From assembly GCA_963720545.1 (NCBI GenBank), contig OY970399.1:1984001-2048000 (forward strand): DNA of 64,000 bases, read 5' to 3'. The stretch comes from an uncultured Acidobacteriota bacterium. Lineage in GTDB: Bacteria > Acidobacteriota > Vicinamibacteria > Fen-336. The notes beneath the pieces were generated by a model. The model did no database searches, was not told the origin of the DNA, and saw only the letters and a program-made list of their open reading frames with translations. This document shows, one piece after another, positions 27,329 to 39,086 of this stretch. The position numbers and the translations under genes are program-made. Position 1 is the stretch's first letter; every line of letters starts with the position of its first letter.

Positions 27329-29376
27329 GAGGCCCGCGCGAGCGGCATGCGCCGCAGCCGCAGCGCGTTGCTCACGACGGTGAGCGAGCTGAGCGCCATG
27401 GCGGCGCCGGCAACCAGCGGCGACAGGAACCCGCGCGGCCCGATGAGCGGCACCAAGGCACCGGTCGCCACCACCACCGCAACGACGTTGTAGGCAAAGG
27501 CGCCGACCAGGTTCTGGCGGATGTTGCGCAGCGTCGCGCGCGCGGCGCGCAGCGCCACCGGCAGCGCCTCGAGCCGCCCGCCGACGAGCGTCAGGTCGGC
27601 GGCGTCGATCGCCGCATCGGTGCCGGTGCCCATGGCGATGCCGACATCGGCCTGGCTCAGCGCGGGGGCGTCGTTGATGCCGTCGCCGATCATGCCGACG
27701 CGCCGGCCGCCCGCCTGCATGCCGCGGATCGCCTCGGCCTTGCCTTCGGGCAGCGCGCCCGCGGCGACGTCGGCGTCGTCGATCCCCACTTGCCGCGCGA
27801 CCGCGAGCGCCGTCTGCTGCTGGTCGCCGGTGACGAGAGCGACCCGCAGCCCGAGCTTGCGCACCGCGGCGACGACGTCGCGTGCCGACGCGCGCACCGG
27901 GTCGGCGATCCCGACGATGCCGCGCAGGTTTGGGCCCGATGCAATCCAAACGACGGTACGGCCGTCGCCGGCGAGGCGCTCGGCCGCCGCCGCGAGCGGA
28001 CCGGCATCGACACCCGCCTGTTCCAGGAAACGGCGGCTGCCGGCGCGGATCTCATCACTGCCGACACGTCCGCTGACACCAAGCCCGGAGGCCGCGCGAA
28101 AATCGGTGGCTGCTGCGAGCTCGCCCTCGCTGCGGGCGCGCAGCACGATCGCCTTCGCCAGCGGGTGCTCCGACCAGCGTTCGACCGCCGCCGCTTGCGC
28201 GAGCAGCGAGCGCGTGTCCATGCCCGCCGCCGGCACCACGTCAGTGACCGCGGGGCGGCCTTCGGTGAGCGTGCCGGTCTTGTCGAACACCAGCGTGTCG
28301 AGACGCGCCGCGGTCTCGAGCGCCTGGCCATTTCTCACCAGGATGCCGCCTTGCGCCATGCGCGCGACTCCGGTGGTGAGGCTGATGGGCGTCGCCAGGC
28401 CGAGCGCGCACGGGCAGGCGATGAGCAGCACCGCGGCCGCGGTGACGATGCCGTGGATGGCGCCGGTGCCCGGCTCCGCGCTGAGGTTGAACCAGGCGAG
28501 GAAGGTCAGAGCGGCGACGATCACGACCGCCGGCACGAACACCGCGCTGACGTTGTCCACGAGCCGCGCGATTGCCGGCCGCGACGCCTGCGCGCGTCGC
28601 ACCATCGCGGCAATGCGCGCCACCGCCGACTCAGTGCCGAGGGCGGTCGCGCGCAACTGCAGCACGCCGTCGCCGTTGAGCGTGCCACCGAACACGTTGG
28701 CGCCCACTTCCCTGCGCACCGGCATCGACTCGCCCGTGAGCATCGACTCGTCGATCGTCGATCCGCCGTCAACGACCGTGCCGTCCACCGGGACCCGCTC
28801 CCCCGGACGGACGAGGATCCGGTCGCCGCGCGCCACCGCAGCGAGCGGCACGACTTCCTCACGCCCGCCGGCAAGGCGGGTGACCGACTGCGGCGCGAGC
28901 GCCGCCAGTGCGTCAAGCGCTTCGCTGGTGCGCCCACGGGCGCGCGTCTCGAGCCACTGCCCGACGAGCACCAGCGCAATCACTATCGCGGCCGCGTCGT
29001 AGAACGGCATCGCCGTGCCTTCCGGGAACATGCCGGGCGCCACGGTCACCGCCGTCGAGTAGCAGAAGGCGACGCCGGTGCCGAGCGCCACCAGCGTGTC
29101 CATGTTCGCGCGGTGGTTGCGGAAGTGATGCCAGGCCGAGACGAAGAACGTGCGGCCCGGGCCGAGCAGGATGGGCAAGCTCAGCAGCCCCTGCAGGACC
29201 CACAACGCGCGCGTCACCGGCGCCGGTGCGCCGTGGATATGGACGGGCAAGCCGAATGCAGACGGAAACATGTCGGCGAGCATCAGCAATGCGAGCACCG
29301 CCGCGAGCGCCGCGGCGCTCATGGCGCGCCGCCGCGCGCCGCGTTCCGCAAGGGGTTCGCCCGAAGCCATATCCAT
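27325..29376 (-). CDS. copA: Cu(I)-translocating P1B-type ATPase lacking an N-terminal HMA domain
   Basis: NMDTLVALG, LTGES, ACPCALGLATP, DKTGT, SEHP, GDGINDAP, YN, MALSS; start uncertain. Confidence 0.88.
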   Translation of the reverse strand: MDMASGEPLAERGARRRAMSAAALAAVLALLMLADMFPSAFGLPVHIHGAPAPVTRALWVLQGLLSLPILLGPGRTFFVSAWHHFRNHRANMDTLVALGTGVAFCYSTAVTVAPGMFPEGTAMPFYDAAAIVIALVLVGQWLETRARGRTSEALDALAALAPQSVTRLAGGREEVVPLAAVARGDRILVRPGERVPVDGTVVDGGSTIDESMLTGESMPVRREVGANVFGGTLNGDGVLQLRATALGTESAVARIAAMVRRAQASRPAIARLVDNVSAVFVPAVVIVAALTFLAWFNLSAEPGTGAIHGIVTAAAVLLIACPCALGLATPISLTTGVARMAQGGILVRNGQALETAARLDTLVFDKTGTLTEGRPAVTDVVPAAGMDTRSLLAQAAAVERWSEHPLAKAIVLRARSEGELAAATDFRAASGLGVSGRVGSDEIRAGSRRFLEQAGVDAGPLAAAAERLAGDGRTVVWIASGPNLRGIVGIADPVRASARDVVAAVRKLGLRVALVTGDQQQTALAVARQVGIDDADVAAGALPEGKAEAIRGMQAGGRRVGMIGDGINDAPALSQADVGIAMGTGTDAAIDAADLTLVGGRLEALPVALRAARATLRNIRQNLVGAFAYNVVAVVVATGALVPLIGPRGFLSPLVAGAAMALSSLTVVSNALRLRRMPLARAS

Positions 29377-29390
29377 ATAATCTACGCGGC

Positions 29391-30155
29391 ATGGGCACCT
29401 TGCGAGTCGAGACGAGCGAAGGCATCGCCATCCTGCGCATGGACAAGCCACGCGCCAACGCCATCGACGAACCGTTCGTCGTGGAGCTGGCGGAGACGGC
29501 GCGCCAGTTGGGCGACGACGAGGCGGTGCGCGGCATCCTGCTGGCGTCCACTCACCCCAAGGTCTTCTCGCCCGGCCTCGACCTGACGGTGTTGATCGAG
29601 CTGCAGCGCCCGGCAATGGCGGCGTTCATGACCAAATTCGCCGCGGCGGTGTGGTCGCTCTACGGCTTGCGCAAGCCACTCGTGGCGGCGGTCTCGGGCC
29701 ACGCGGTCGCCGGCGGCTGCATTCTCGCGCTCACCGCCGACTATCGGGTGCTGAAGGCGGAAGGCGCACAGATGGGGCTCAACGAGGTGAAGGTCGGCGT
29801 GCCGCTGCCGTGGTCGGTGACCGAGCTCCTGCGCGCCACCGTCGCGCCGCAGAACCTGGCGAAGATCGCGCTCCTCGGCCGCAACTTCGCCGGTGCCGAG
29901 GCGCTCGCCGCCGGCCTCGCCGACGAGCTGGCGCCGGCCGAAGGCTTCGAGGCCGCGTGCCTCACCCGCCTCGCGGAATTCGTGGAGAAGGACGCTGCGT
30001 CGTTCGCGCGCACCAAGGAGTACCTGCGGCAGCAGCCGCTCGCGGCGATGCGCGCCGGCGAAAAGGACAAGCAGGACGAGTGGCTCGACTGCTGGTTCGC
30101 GGCGGGCACGCAGGCGCGCATCCGCAAGACCGTCGAGAGCCTGAAGAGCAAGTAG
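29391..30155 (+). CDS. Enoyl-CoA hydratase/isomerase family protein
   Basis: ANAID, FSPGLDL, GHAVAGGC, GLNEVKVG. Confidence 0.9.
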   Translation: MGTLRVETSEGIAILRMDKPRANAIDEPFVVELAETARQLGDDEAVRGILLASTHPKVFSPGLDLTVLIELQRPAMAAFMTKFAAAVWSLYGLRKPLVAAVSGHAVAGGCILALTADYRVLKAEGAQMGLNEVKVGVPLPWSVTELLRATVAPQNLAKIALLGRNFAGAEALAAGLADELAPAEGFEAACLTRLAEFVEKDAASFARTKEYLRQQPLAAMRAGEKDKQDEWLDCWFAAGTQARIRKTVESLKSK

Positions 30156-30169
30156 GCGCGGGCGCGCCT

Positions 30170-30781
30170 TCAGGAACGCGCGCTGCGCTTTTGCCGCAGC
30201 CACCACCAGAGCAGCGCCGCCGCCACGATCGCGAGCACGAACAGCACGCGGTTGGCGTCGCCGAGCAGCTCCTGCACCTTGTCGAAGTGCAGGCCAAGCT
30301 GCGAGCCTACGAAGATGATGGCGGCGTACCAGATCGCCGAGGCTGCCGCCGCGGGAATGAGCGCTTTCGCCGGGCTGAGGCCGGACATGCCGGCGAACGG
30401 CGGCACCGCCGCGCGAAATCCGGGCAGGAAGCGGCTGAGGAAGATTCCCCAGATGCCGTGCTTCGCGTATGCCGTGCGGATCGCGCCGAGGGCGCTTTCG
30501 GGCAGGATGCGTGACACCCAGCGCGAGCGCAGCAGGCTCTCGCCGCGCGCGCGGCCGAGGTAGTACATGCCCGCCGCCGACGCGGTGTTGGCGCCCCAGC
30601 ACACGAGGCCCAGGATCCACGCCGACAGTTCGCCGCGCTGCGCGAGGAATGCGCCGAGCGCCACGGCGACATCGGCGGGCGCCGGCGGGAAGACGTTCTC
30701 GACCGCGGACAGCGCCGCCAGCACCAGATAGGTCGGCGCCGTCGGCAGCGCGGCCAGCCAGTCGAGGAATCGCTCAAGCAC
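30170..30781 (-). CDS. DedA family membrane protein
   Basis: ENVFPPAP, SRFLPGFR, AG motif, multiple TM helices. Confidence 0.9.
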   Translation of the reverse strand: MLERFLDWLAALPTAPTYLVLAALSAVENVFPPAPADVAVALGAFLAQRGELSAWILGLVCWGANTASAAGMYYLGRARGESLLRSRWVSRILPESALGAIRTAYAKHGIWGIFLSRFLPGFRAAVPPFAGMSGLSPAKALIPAAAASAIWYAAIIFVGSQLGLHFDKVQELLGDANRVLFVLAIVAAALLWWWLRQKRSARS

Positions 30782-33527
30782 CAATCGCCTCCCGGATGAG
30801 GTCGATGACGGAAACGTACGGCCGGCCCACGGCCCGCGACATCCCAATCTCGCAAGTGCGGCAGGTGGACACAAGGCGGCTGGTCGCGGAGAGCCGGCCG
30901 CGCACTTCCTCCGCCTCGGCGCGGGTTGCCGCCGCGGTCAGCTCGGGAACGAAGAAGCCCTTGTCGCCGGCGAAGCCGCAGCACTCGGCGCTGGCCGGCG
31001 TGAAAACGCTTTCGGAGTGCTCGGCAACCACGGCCAGCAGGTCGGAAAGCCCGCCCTGCTTCACCAGCGAGCAGGTCGGATGGACGATCGTCTCGCCGCG
31101 CGCCTTCGGCGTCTGCGCACGGCCGGGAAGCACGTGACGCGCCCAGAACGCGGTGAAGTCGAGGATGGGCGTGCCGAGCGTGGCGGCGCACGGGGAGGCA
31201 TCGGTGACCACCGGATCCTCGCCGCCGCGGCTCGCCGCGTGCAATGCCGACAGCGTCCTGGCGCGCGCGCCGGCGGCGGCCGCGGGCAGCGCCTTGCTCG
31301 CAAACGGCATGCCGCAGCACAGCCCCGACACGCCATCCGGATAAACGACGTCGTAACCGGCCCAGTCGAGGACGACGCGCATCGACTCGGCCAACGGCGG
31401 CGCAGTTTCGCCCGGCAGCGCGCCGATCGTCCGCGTCAGGCAGGTCGGCAGGTACACGGCACGCCGCCTGTTTCGAGGTGCGACCGGCGCCGGCAAAGGT
31501 GCCGCCGCGCGCGGAAGCGCGATGCCGCGCGGCACGCCGCTCAGCGCCGCAACCGCTGCCGCACCAGCTGCCGTCGTCTTCAAGGCGCGGCCGGCGGCGA
31601 GTCCGGTGCGCGCCGCGGCCAGCGTCGCGCCCATGTGCGACGCGGCAGCGCCGCCAATCGCCCGCACCGCGGCAGAACGCTCGCGGCCGTGCACCGCCTT
31701 CATCACGGCGCCGGTGTCGATGCGCACCGGGCACGACAACAGGCACATGGAATCGCCGGCGCAGGTGTCGATCGCCTGGTAGTCGAAGTCGCGCCGCAGC
31801 TCGGCGAGCGGCTCCGCACCCGCGGCGCCCTGCGCCAGCAGCCGCTGCTCCTCGCGCAGCGCGACGATGCGCTGCCGCGGGCTCAGCGTGAGGAAGCGCG
31901 AGGGGCAGCGCGGCTCGCAGAAGCCGCACTCGATGCAGCGATCGACCGAGTCGGCGACCAGCGGGAACGGCTTGAAGTTCTTGAGGTGCACCTTCGGGTC
32001 GTCGTTGAGGATGACACCGGGATTGAGGGTGCCGGCGGGGTCGAGCAGCTTCTTGATCGCTACCATCGCCGCATAAGCCGGCTCGCCCCACTCGCGCTTC
32101 ACGAACGGCGCCATGTTGCGCCCCGAGCCGTGCTCTGCCTTGAGGGCGCCGTCGTACTTGCCGATGATGACGTCGGCCAGCTCGTCCATGAAGCGCTCGT
32201 AGCGCTCGACCGTCGCCTTGCGGGCGAAATCTTCCGCCAGCAGGAAGTGCAGGTTGCCGTCGCGCGCATGGCCGACGATCGAGGCACCCGGATACCCGTG
32301 GCGCACGAACAGCCGCTGCAGGTCGGCGATGCCCTCCGCGAGCCGCTCGCGCGGCACCAGCACGTCCTCGGTGATGAGCGTCGTGCCGGGCGGGCGGGCG
32401 CCGCCGACGGTGGCGAACAGGCCCTTGCGCAGCTTCCACAAGCGCTCGCGGCGCGGGGCGTCGGTCGTGAACTCCGGCGCGCGCAGCAGCTCGAAAGCGT
32501 AGAGGGCGCGGGCTGCGCGCTGCACGGCCGCATCGAGATCGCCTCCGTCCGCCTCGCGAAATTCGACGAGCAGCGCGGCGGTGTCGTCGCCGATGGCAAA
32601 CGGGGGCGGCGGCGCGTCGAGCGAGCGCAGGCAGGCTGCGTCCATGATCTCGATGGCGGCGGCGCCGGCAGCGGCGAGCGGGTCCACCGCGTCGCCGGCA
32701 TCGGTGAGCCGCGCGAAGTACACGAGGTCGGTGGCGCGCAGCGGCGGATCGGGCACGGTGCGCAGCGTCATCGCGGCCACGAAGCCGAGGGTGCCCTGCG
32801 AGCCGACCATGAGGTGCGCGAGGATCTGCGCGGCACTGTCGTGCTCGAGGAACGACTGCAGGCTGTAGCCCATGGTGTTCTTGCGCTGCACCTTGGTGCG
32901 GATGCGCGCGGCGAGCGCCGCGTCGGCCCGGACCGAGTCGCGCATGGCGATGAGGCCGCGGTGCACGTCGGGGCGGTCCGCAAGCAGGCGCGCGTCGGCG
33001 TCCTCGGATCCGGTATCGACGCGGGTGCCGTCGGCGAGCAAAAAACGCGCGCTCGCCAGTGTGTGGTAGGTGTTCTGCACGACGCCGCAGCACATCCCCG
33101 AGGAGTTGTTGGCGAAGATGCCGCCCATCATCGCCGCGTCGATCGACGCGGGATCGGGGCCGATGCGGCGTGCGAAGGGTGCCAGCAGGCGGTTCAGGTG
33201 GCCGCCGATCACTCCTGGCGCGGTGCGCACCAGCCGGCCCTCGTCCAGGACTTCGTGGGCACGAAAGTGCGGCGCCAGCTCCACCAGCAGGTCGTCGCTC
33301 AGCGCCTGCCCCGAGAGCGAGGTGCCGGCGGTGCGAAACGTCAGATGACGGCCGGCGCGCCGCGCGTAGTCGAGAAGCGCCGCGACGTCGTCCTCGTCGC
33401 GCGGCCGCACGATGGCTTGCGGCATCAGGCGGTAGAGCGACGCGTCGGCGGAGCGCACCAGGCGGTCGATGCTGCGGTCGAGCACCGCCGCCGCGCCGAG
33501 GACCCGCCGCAGTTCAGCGTTGCTCAT
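30774..33527 (-). CDS. FAD- and Fe-S-binding oxidoreductase (Dld-II-type D-lactate dehydrogenase-like)
   Basis: FRTAGTSLSGQA, GPDPAS, ANNSSGMCCG, LKAEHGSGRN, CIECGFCEPRCP, CCG domains. Confidence 0.92.
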   Translation of the reverse strand: MSNAELRRVLGAAAVLDRSIDRLVRSADASLYRLMPQAIVRPRDEDDVAALLDYARRAGRHLTFRTAGTSLSGQALSDDLLVELAPHFRAHEVLDEGRLVRTAPGVIGGHLNRLLAPFARRIGPDPASIDAAMMGGIFANNSSGMCCGVVQNTYHTLASARFLLADGTRVDTGSEDADARLLADRPDVHRGLIAMRDSVRADAALAARIRTKVQRKNTMGYSLQSFLEHDSAAQILAHLMVGSQGTLGFVAAMTLRTVPDPPLRATDLVYFARLTDAGDAVDPLAAAGAAAIEIMDAACLRSLDAPPPPFAIGDDTAALLVEFREADGGDLDAAVQRAARALYAFELLRAPEFTTDAPRRERLWKLRKGLFATVGGARPPGTTLITEDVLVPRERLAEGIADLQRLFVRHGYPGASIVGHARDGNLHFLLAEDFARKATVERYERFMDELADVIIGKYDGALKAEHGSGRNMAPFVKREWGEPAYAAMVAIKKLLDPAGTLNPGVILNDDPKVHLKNFKPFPLVADSVDRCIECGFCEPRCPSRFLTLSPRQRIVALREEQRLLAQGAAGAEPLAELRRDFDYQAIDTCAGDSMCLLSCPVRIDTGAVMKAVHGRERSAAVRAIGGAAASHMGATLAAARTGLAAGRALKTTAAGAAAVAALSGVPRGIALPRAAAPLPAPVAPRNRRRAVYLPTCLTRTIGALPGETAPPLAESMRVVLDWAGYDVVYPDGVSGLCCGMPFASKALPAAAAGARARTLSALHAASRGGEDPVVTDASPCAATLGTPILDFTAFWARHVLPGRAQTPKARGETIVHPTCSLVKQGGLSDLLAVVAEHSESVFTPASAECCGFAGDKGFFVPELTAAATRAEAEEVRGRLSATSRLVSTCRTCEIGMSRAVGRPYVSVIDLIREAIGA

Positions 33528-33584
33528 GGTGCGCGCATGATTCTAAGATCCGCCGTCGTCAACGTCGTCCGAGGGAGGCTCGAC

Positions 33585-34043
33585 ATGCAGCGCACACTAC
33601 TCTTTGCCGCCGGTCTTGCGGCCGGACTGCTGGTCGCGGCGCCCAGCGGCCGCGGCGCCGAACCGGCCCGCAAGGTCATAAACCTGCCTGCACGGCAGGT
33701 CGCGGCACCGTTCAGCGACAGCATCCTTGCCGGCAACACCTTGTATCTCGCCGGCAAGATCGGCCTCGATCCGGCGACCCGCAAGGTGCCCGCCGATGCC
33801 GACCAGGAAGCGCGGCTCATGCTCGATGCGATGCAGGCCAACCTGGCGGCGGCCGGCCTCACCATGGACGACCTCGTGAAGGTTGAGGTGCACTGTTCGG
33901 ACGTGTCGCTCTACGACCGCTTCAATGCCGTCTACAAGACCTACTTCAAGCACAGCGATTATCCGGCACGCGCCTTTCTCGGCTCGGGCCCGCTGCTGTT
34001 CGGCGCCCGCTTCGAGATCACCGGCGTCGCGGTGAAGCCCTGA
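33585..34043 (+). CDS. RidA/YjgF family protein with N-terminal signal peptide
   Basis: PFS..ILAGNTLYLAGKIG, FNAVYKTYF, YPARA, ARFEI; GGAGG RBS. Confidence 0.88.
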   Translation: MQRTLLFAAGLAAGLLVAAPSGRGAEPARKVINLPARQVAAPFSDSILAGNTLYLAGKIGLDPATRKVPADADQEARLMLDAMQANLAAAGLTMDDLVKVEVHCSDVSLYDRFNAVYKTYFKHSDYPARAFLGSGPLLFGARFEITGVAVKP

Positions 34044-34046
34044 TCC

Positions 34047-34093
34047 GTTTTCCCGAAGCGGCCAATTTCGTTGGCGCCCGCGAGGGATCTCTG
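34047..34093. repeat. 47-bp dispersed repeat, copy 1 (REP-like)
   Basis: 44/47 identical to 35806-35852; lies between convergent genes. Confidence 0.75.
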
Positions 34094-34107
34094 GAGATGC
34101 TCCCGCC

Positions 34108-34599
34108 CTAGCGCGAAAAATCGCCGACCGCGACCCACAGCCGCTGCACGTCGCCGCCGGCGTCGATGGTGAGAGTCGAGGTCTTCGTGGTCGTCAGCCG
34201 GTCGCGCACCATGCCGCGTGCGTCGGTGCGCAGCACGCGGCCGTTGGAGAAGAGGGCGCCCTCGGATGCCTTCAGCTTCACCTGCACCCCCGGCCACACG
34301 GCGCCGCCCGGCTTTTTCACGCGAATGAGGATCTGCGCCGCGCCGCCGCCCGGCGGCAGGGTGCGCGGCTCGCTCCAGGCGCTCACGAGCGGCCCCGAAA
34401 CCCGCGCCGGCTCGCCGCCATGCTGCGCCGGCGACGAGGACCTGGGGGTGGGCGACGGCGATGGAGTGGGCTTCGTGGCGCCGGGGCGCGACGGGGCGGG
34501 TGAAGGCTTGCCCGGCGCTCGCGGCCCGGGCTGGGCATGGCATGCCGCAAACAGCAGGCACACCCCAACGAGGAAACGGCCACGGCTCACGTGTTCCAT
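34108..34599 (-). CDS. Putative lipoprotein with Pro-rich linker and Ig-like (Big_1-like) domain
   Basis: LLFAAC lipobox; GVQVKL...TDARG pattern; true start may be GTG 34590. Confidence 0.65.
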   Translation of the reverse strand: MEHVSRGRFLVGVCLLFAACHAQPGPRAPGKPSPAPSRPGATKPTPSPSPTPRSSSPAQHGGEPARVSGPLVSAWSEPRTLPPGGGAAQILIRVKKPGGAVWPGVQVKLKASEGALFSNGRVLRTDARGMVRDRLTTTKTSTLTIDAGGDVQRLWVAVGDFSR

Positions 34600-34670
34600 C
34601 CTACACGGGGGCGCGCCGCGATTGACCCCCATCGCCCCGGCACGTAATCTCCCCAGCGGAACCACTTTTC

Positions 34671-35792
34671 GTGCAGGATTTTCTCCCCGGTTCGTCGGCC
34701 GACGGCCCTGAAGGCAGGTCACAGGTCCGCATCTCCACCGACAACCTGCGGCGGTCCCTGGCGATCGTCGCCGCCAACACCCTCGGCCCGGTTGCCCGCT
34801 TCCTGACGTGGTTCTACGCGGTCCTGCTGGTGATCCATTCGGTCGTGGTGCCGTGGCCGCAGAAGACCTGGATGATGGCGAGCGCGCTGGGCACGGCACT
34901 GCTGCTGGGCGCCTTCCAGTACGGGGTCAAGCAGGGCTATGTGTCGATGCGGTACGTTCACGGCTTCGAGGGCCTGGTCGCGGGACTGCTGATCTGGAAC
35001 TCGATCCTGCAGCTGTACCTGATGGCCGATCCGCGCCAGACGACGAACGTGGTGCTGATCCTCGCCGGCTGCGGTTTCCTGTTCGTGTCGCGCGGCTGGC
35101 TGCTGCTCGCCATCGCCTTCGCGGTGCTCGGCTGGTCGCTTTGCATGTACCTCATCGGCGTGTCGGTGTCCGACTGGGCGCACTACGGGTTCGCGGTCGC
35201 GGAAGCGTCGCTGGTCGGGTACTTCGTCCACGTCGTCACCATCCGCCGCCTGCAGCACCTGCACCTCACCGAGACCGCGCACAAGCAGCGGCTCGAGCAG
35301 ACCTCGGAAGAGTTCCGGCGCCTGGCGCTCGTGGATACGCTCACCGAGGTGGACAACCGGCGCAGCCTGATGAACGTCGGCGAGCATCGGCTGCGGCTCG
35401 CCCAGCGCACCGGCCAGGCGCTGACCCTGCTGTTCGTGGACATCGACAACATGAAGGTGATCAACGACGCCCACGGACACCAGGAAGGCGACCGCGCGCT
35501 GCGCGACACCGCGAAGATCATGCTCGCGACCTTCCGCGACTCGGACATCGTGGCGCGCATCGGCGGCGACGAGTTCTGTGCGCTCGTCGAGGGCTATTCG
35601 GAAGAGAACGGCCCGGAGAAGCGGCTGCAGGTCGCGATCGACCACTCGAACGCGCAGCGCCAGCGCGGCTATCGCCTCTCGGTGAGCGTCGGCACCGCGG
35701 TCTTCGATCCGGGCAATCCCTGCTCGATGGAGGACCTCATCGAACGGGCCGACCGGTCGATGTACGAACAGAAGAAGAAACGGCCGGCGTAA
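34671..35792 (+). CDS. Membrane-bound diguanylate cyclase (GGDEF)
   Basis: About 6 TM helices, [25 protein letters not shown]-site, GGDEF. Confidence 0.92.
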   Translation: MQDFLPGSSADGPEGRSQVRISTDNLRRSLAIVAANTLGPVARFLTWFYAVLLVIHSVVVPWPQKTWMMASALGTALLLGAFQYGVKQGYVSMRYVHGFEGLVAGLLIWNSILQLYLMADPRQTTNVVLILAGCGFLFVSRGWLLLAIAFAVLGWSLCMYLIGVSVSDWAHYGFAVAEASLVGYFVHVVTIRRLQHLHLTETAHKQRLEQTSEEFRRLALVDTLTEVDNRRSLMNVGEHRLRLAQRTGQALTLLFVDIDNMKVINDAHGHQEGDRALRDTAKIMLATFRDSDIVARIGGDEFCALVEGYSEENGPEKRLQVAIDHSNAQRQRGYRLSVSVGTAVFDPGNPCSMEDLIERADRSMYEQKKKRPA

Positions 35793-35805
35793 CCACCGCA
35801 GGATC

Positions 35806-35852
35806 GTTTTCCCGAAGCGGCCCATTGCGTTGGCGGCCGCGAGGGATCTCTG
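35806..35852. repeat. 47-bp dispersed repeat, copy 2 (REP-like)
   Basis: 44/47 identical to 34047-34093; lies between convergent genes. Confidence 0.75.
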
Positions 35853-38936
<3,084 letters not shown>

Positions 38937-38949
38937 GGGGAATCCTATA

Positions 38950-38971
38950 GCGAACAAAAGGCGAAAGTAAA
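38950..38971. promoter_or_regulatory. Putative LexA box overlapping the dnaE2 promoter
   Basis: GCGAACAAAAGGCGAAAGTAAA; on the coding strand TTTACT...TAGGAT, 5 nt before GTG. Confidence 0.75.
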
Positions 38972-39086
38972 TACGCACACGGAAACGCCTGCCGCCCTTT
39001 TGGAACCGCATCCGCATGGCTCTCGTATAATCAGCACCTGCCTTGTATCTTGTTCAAAATTACAGATTTAGCTTAGCGAGGGTCCC

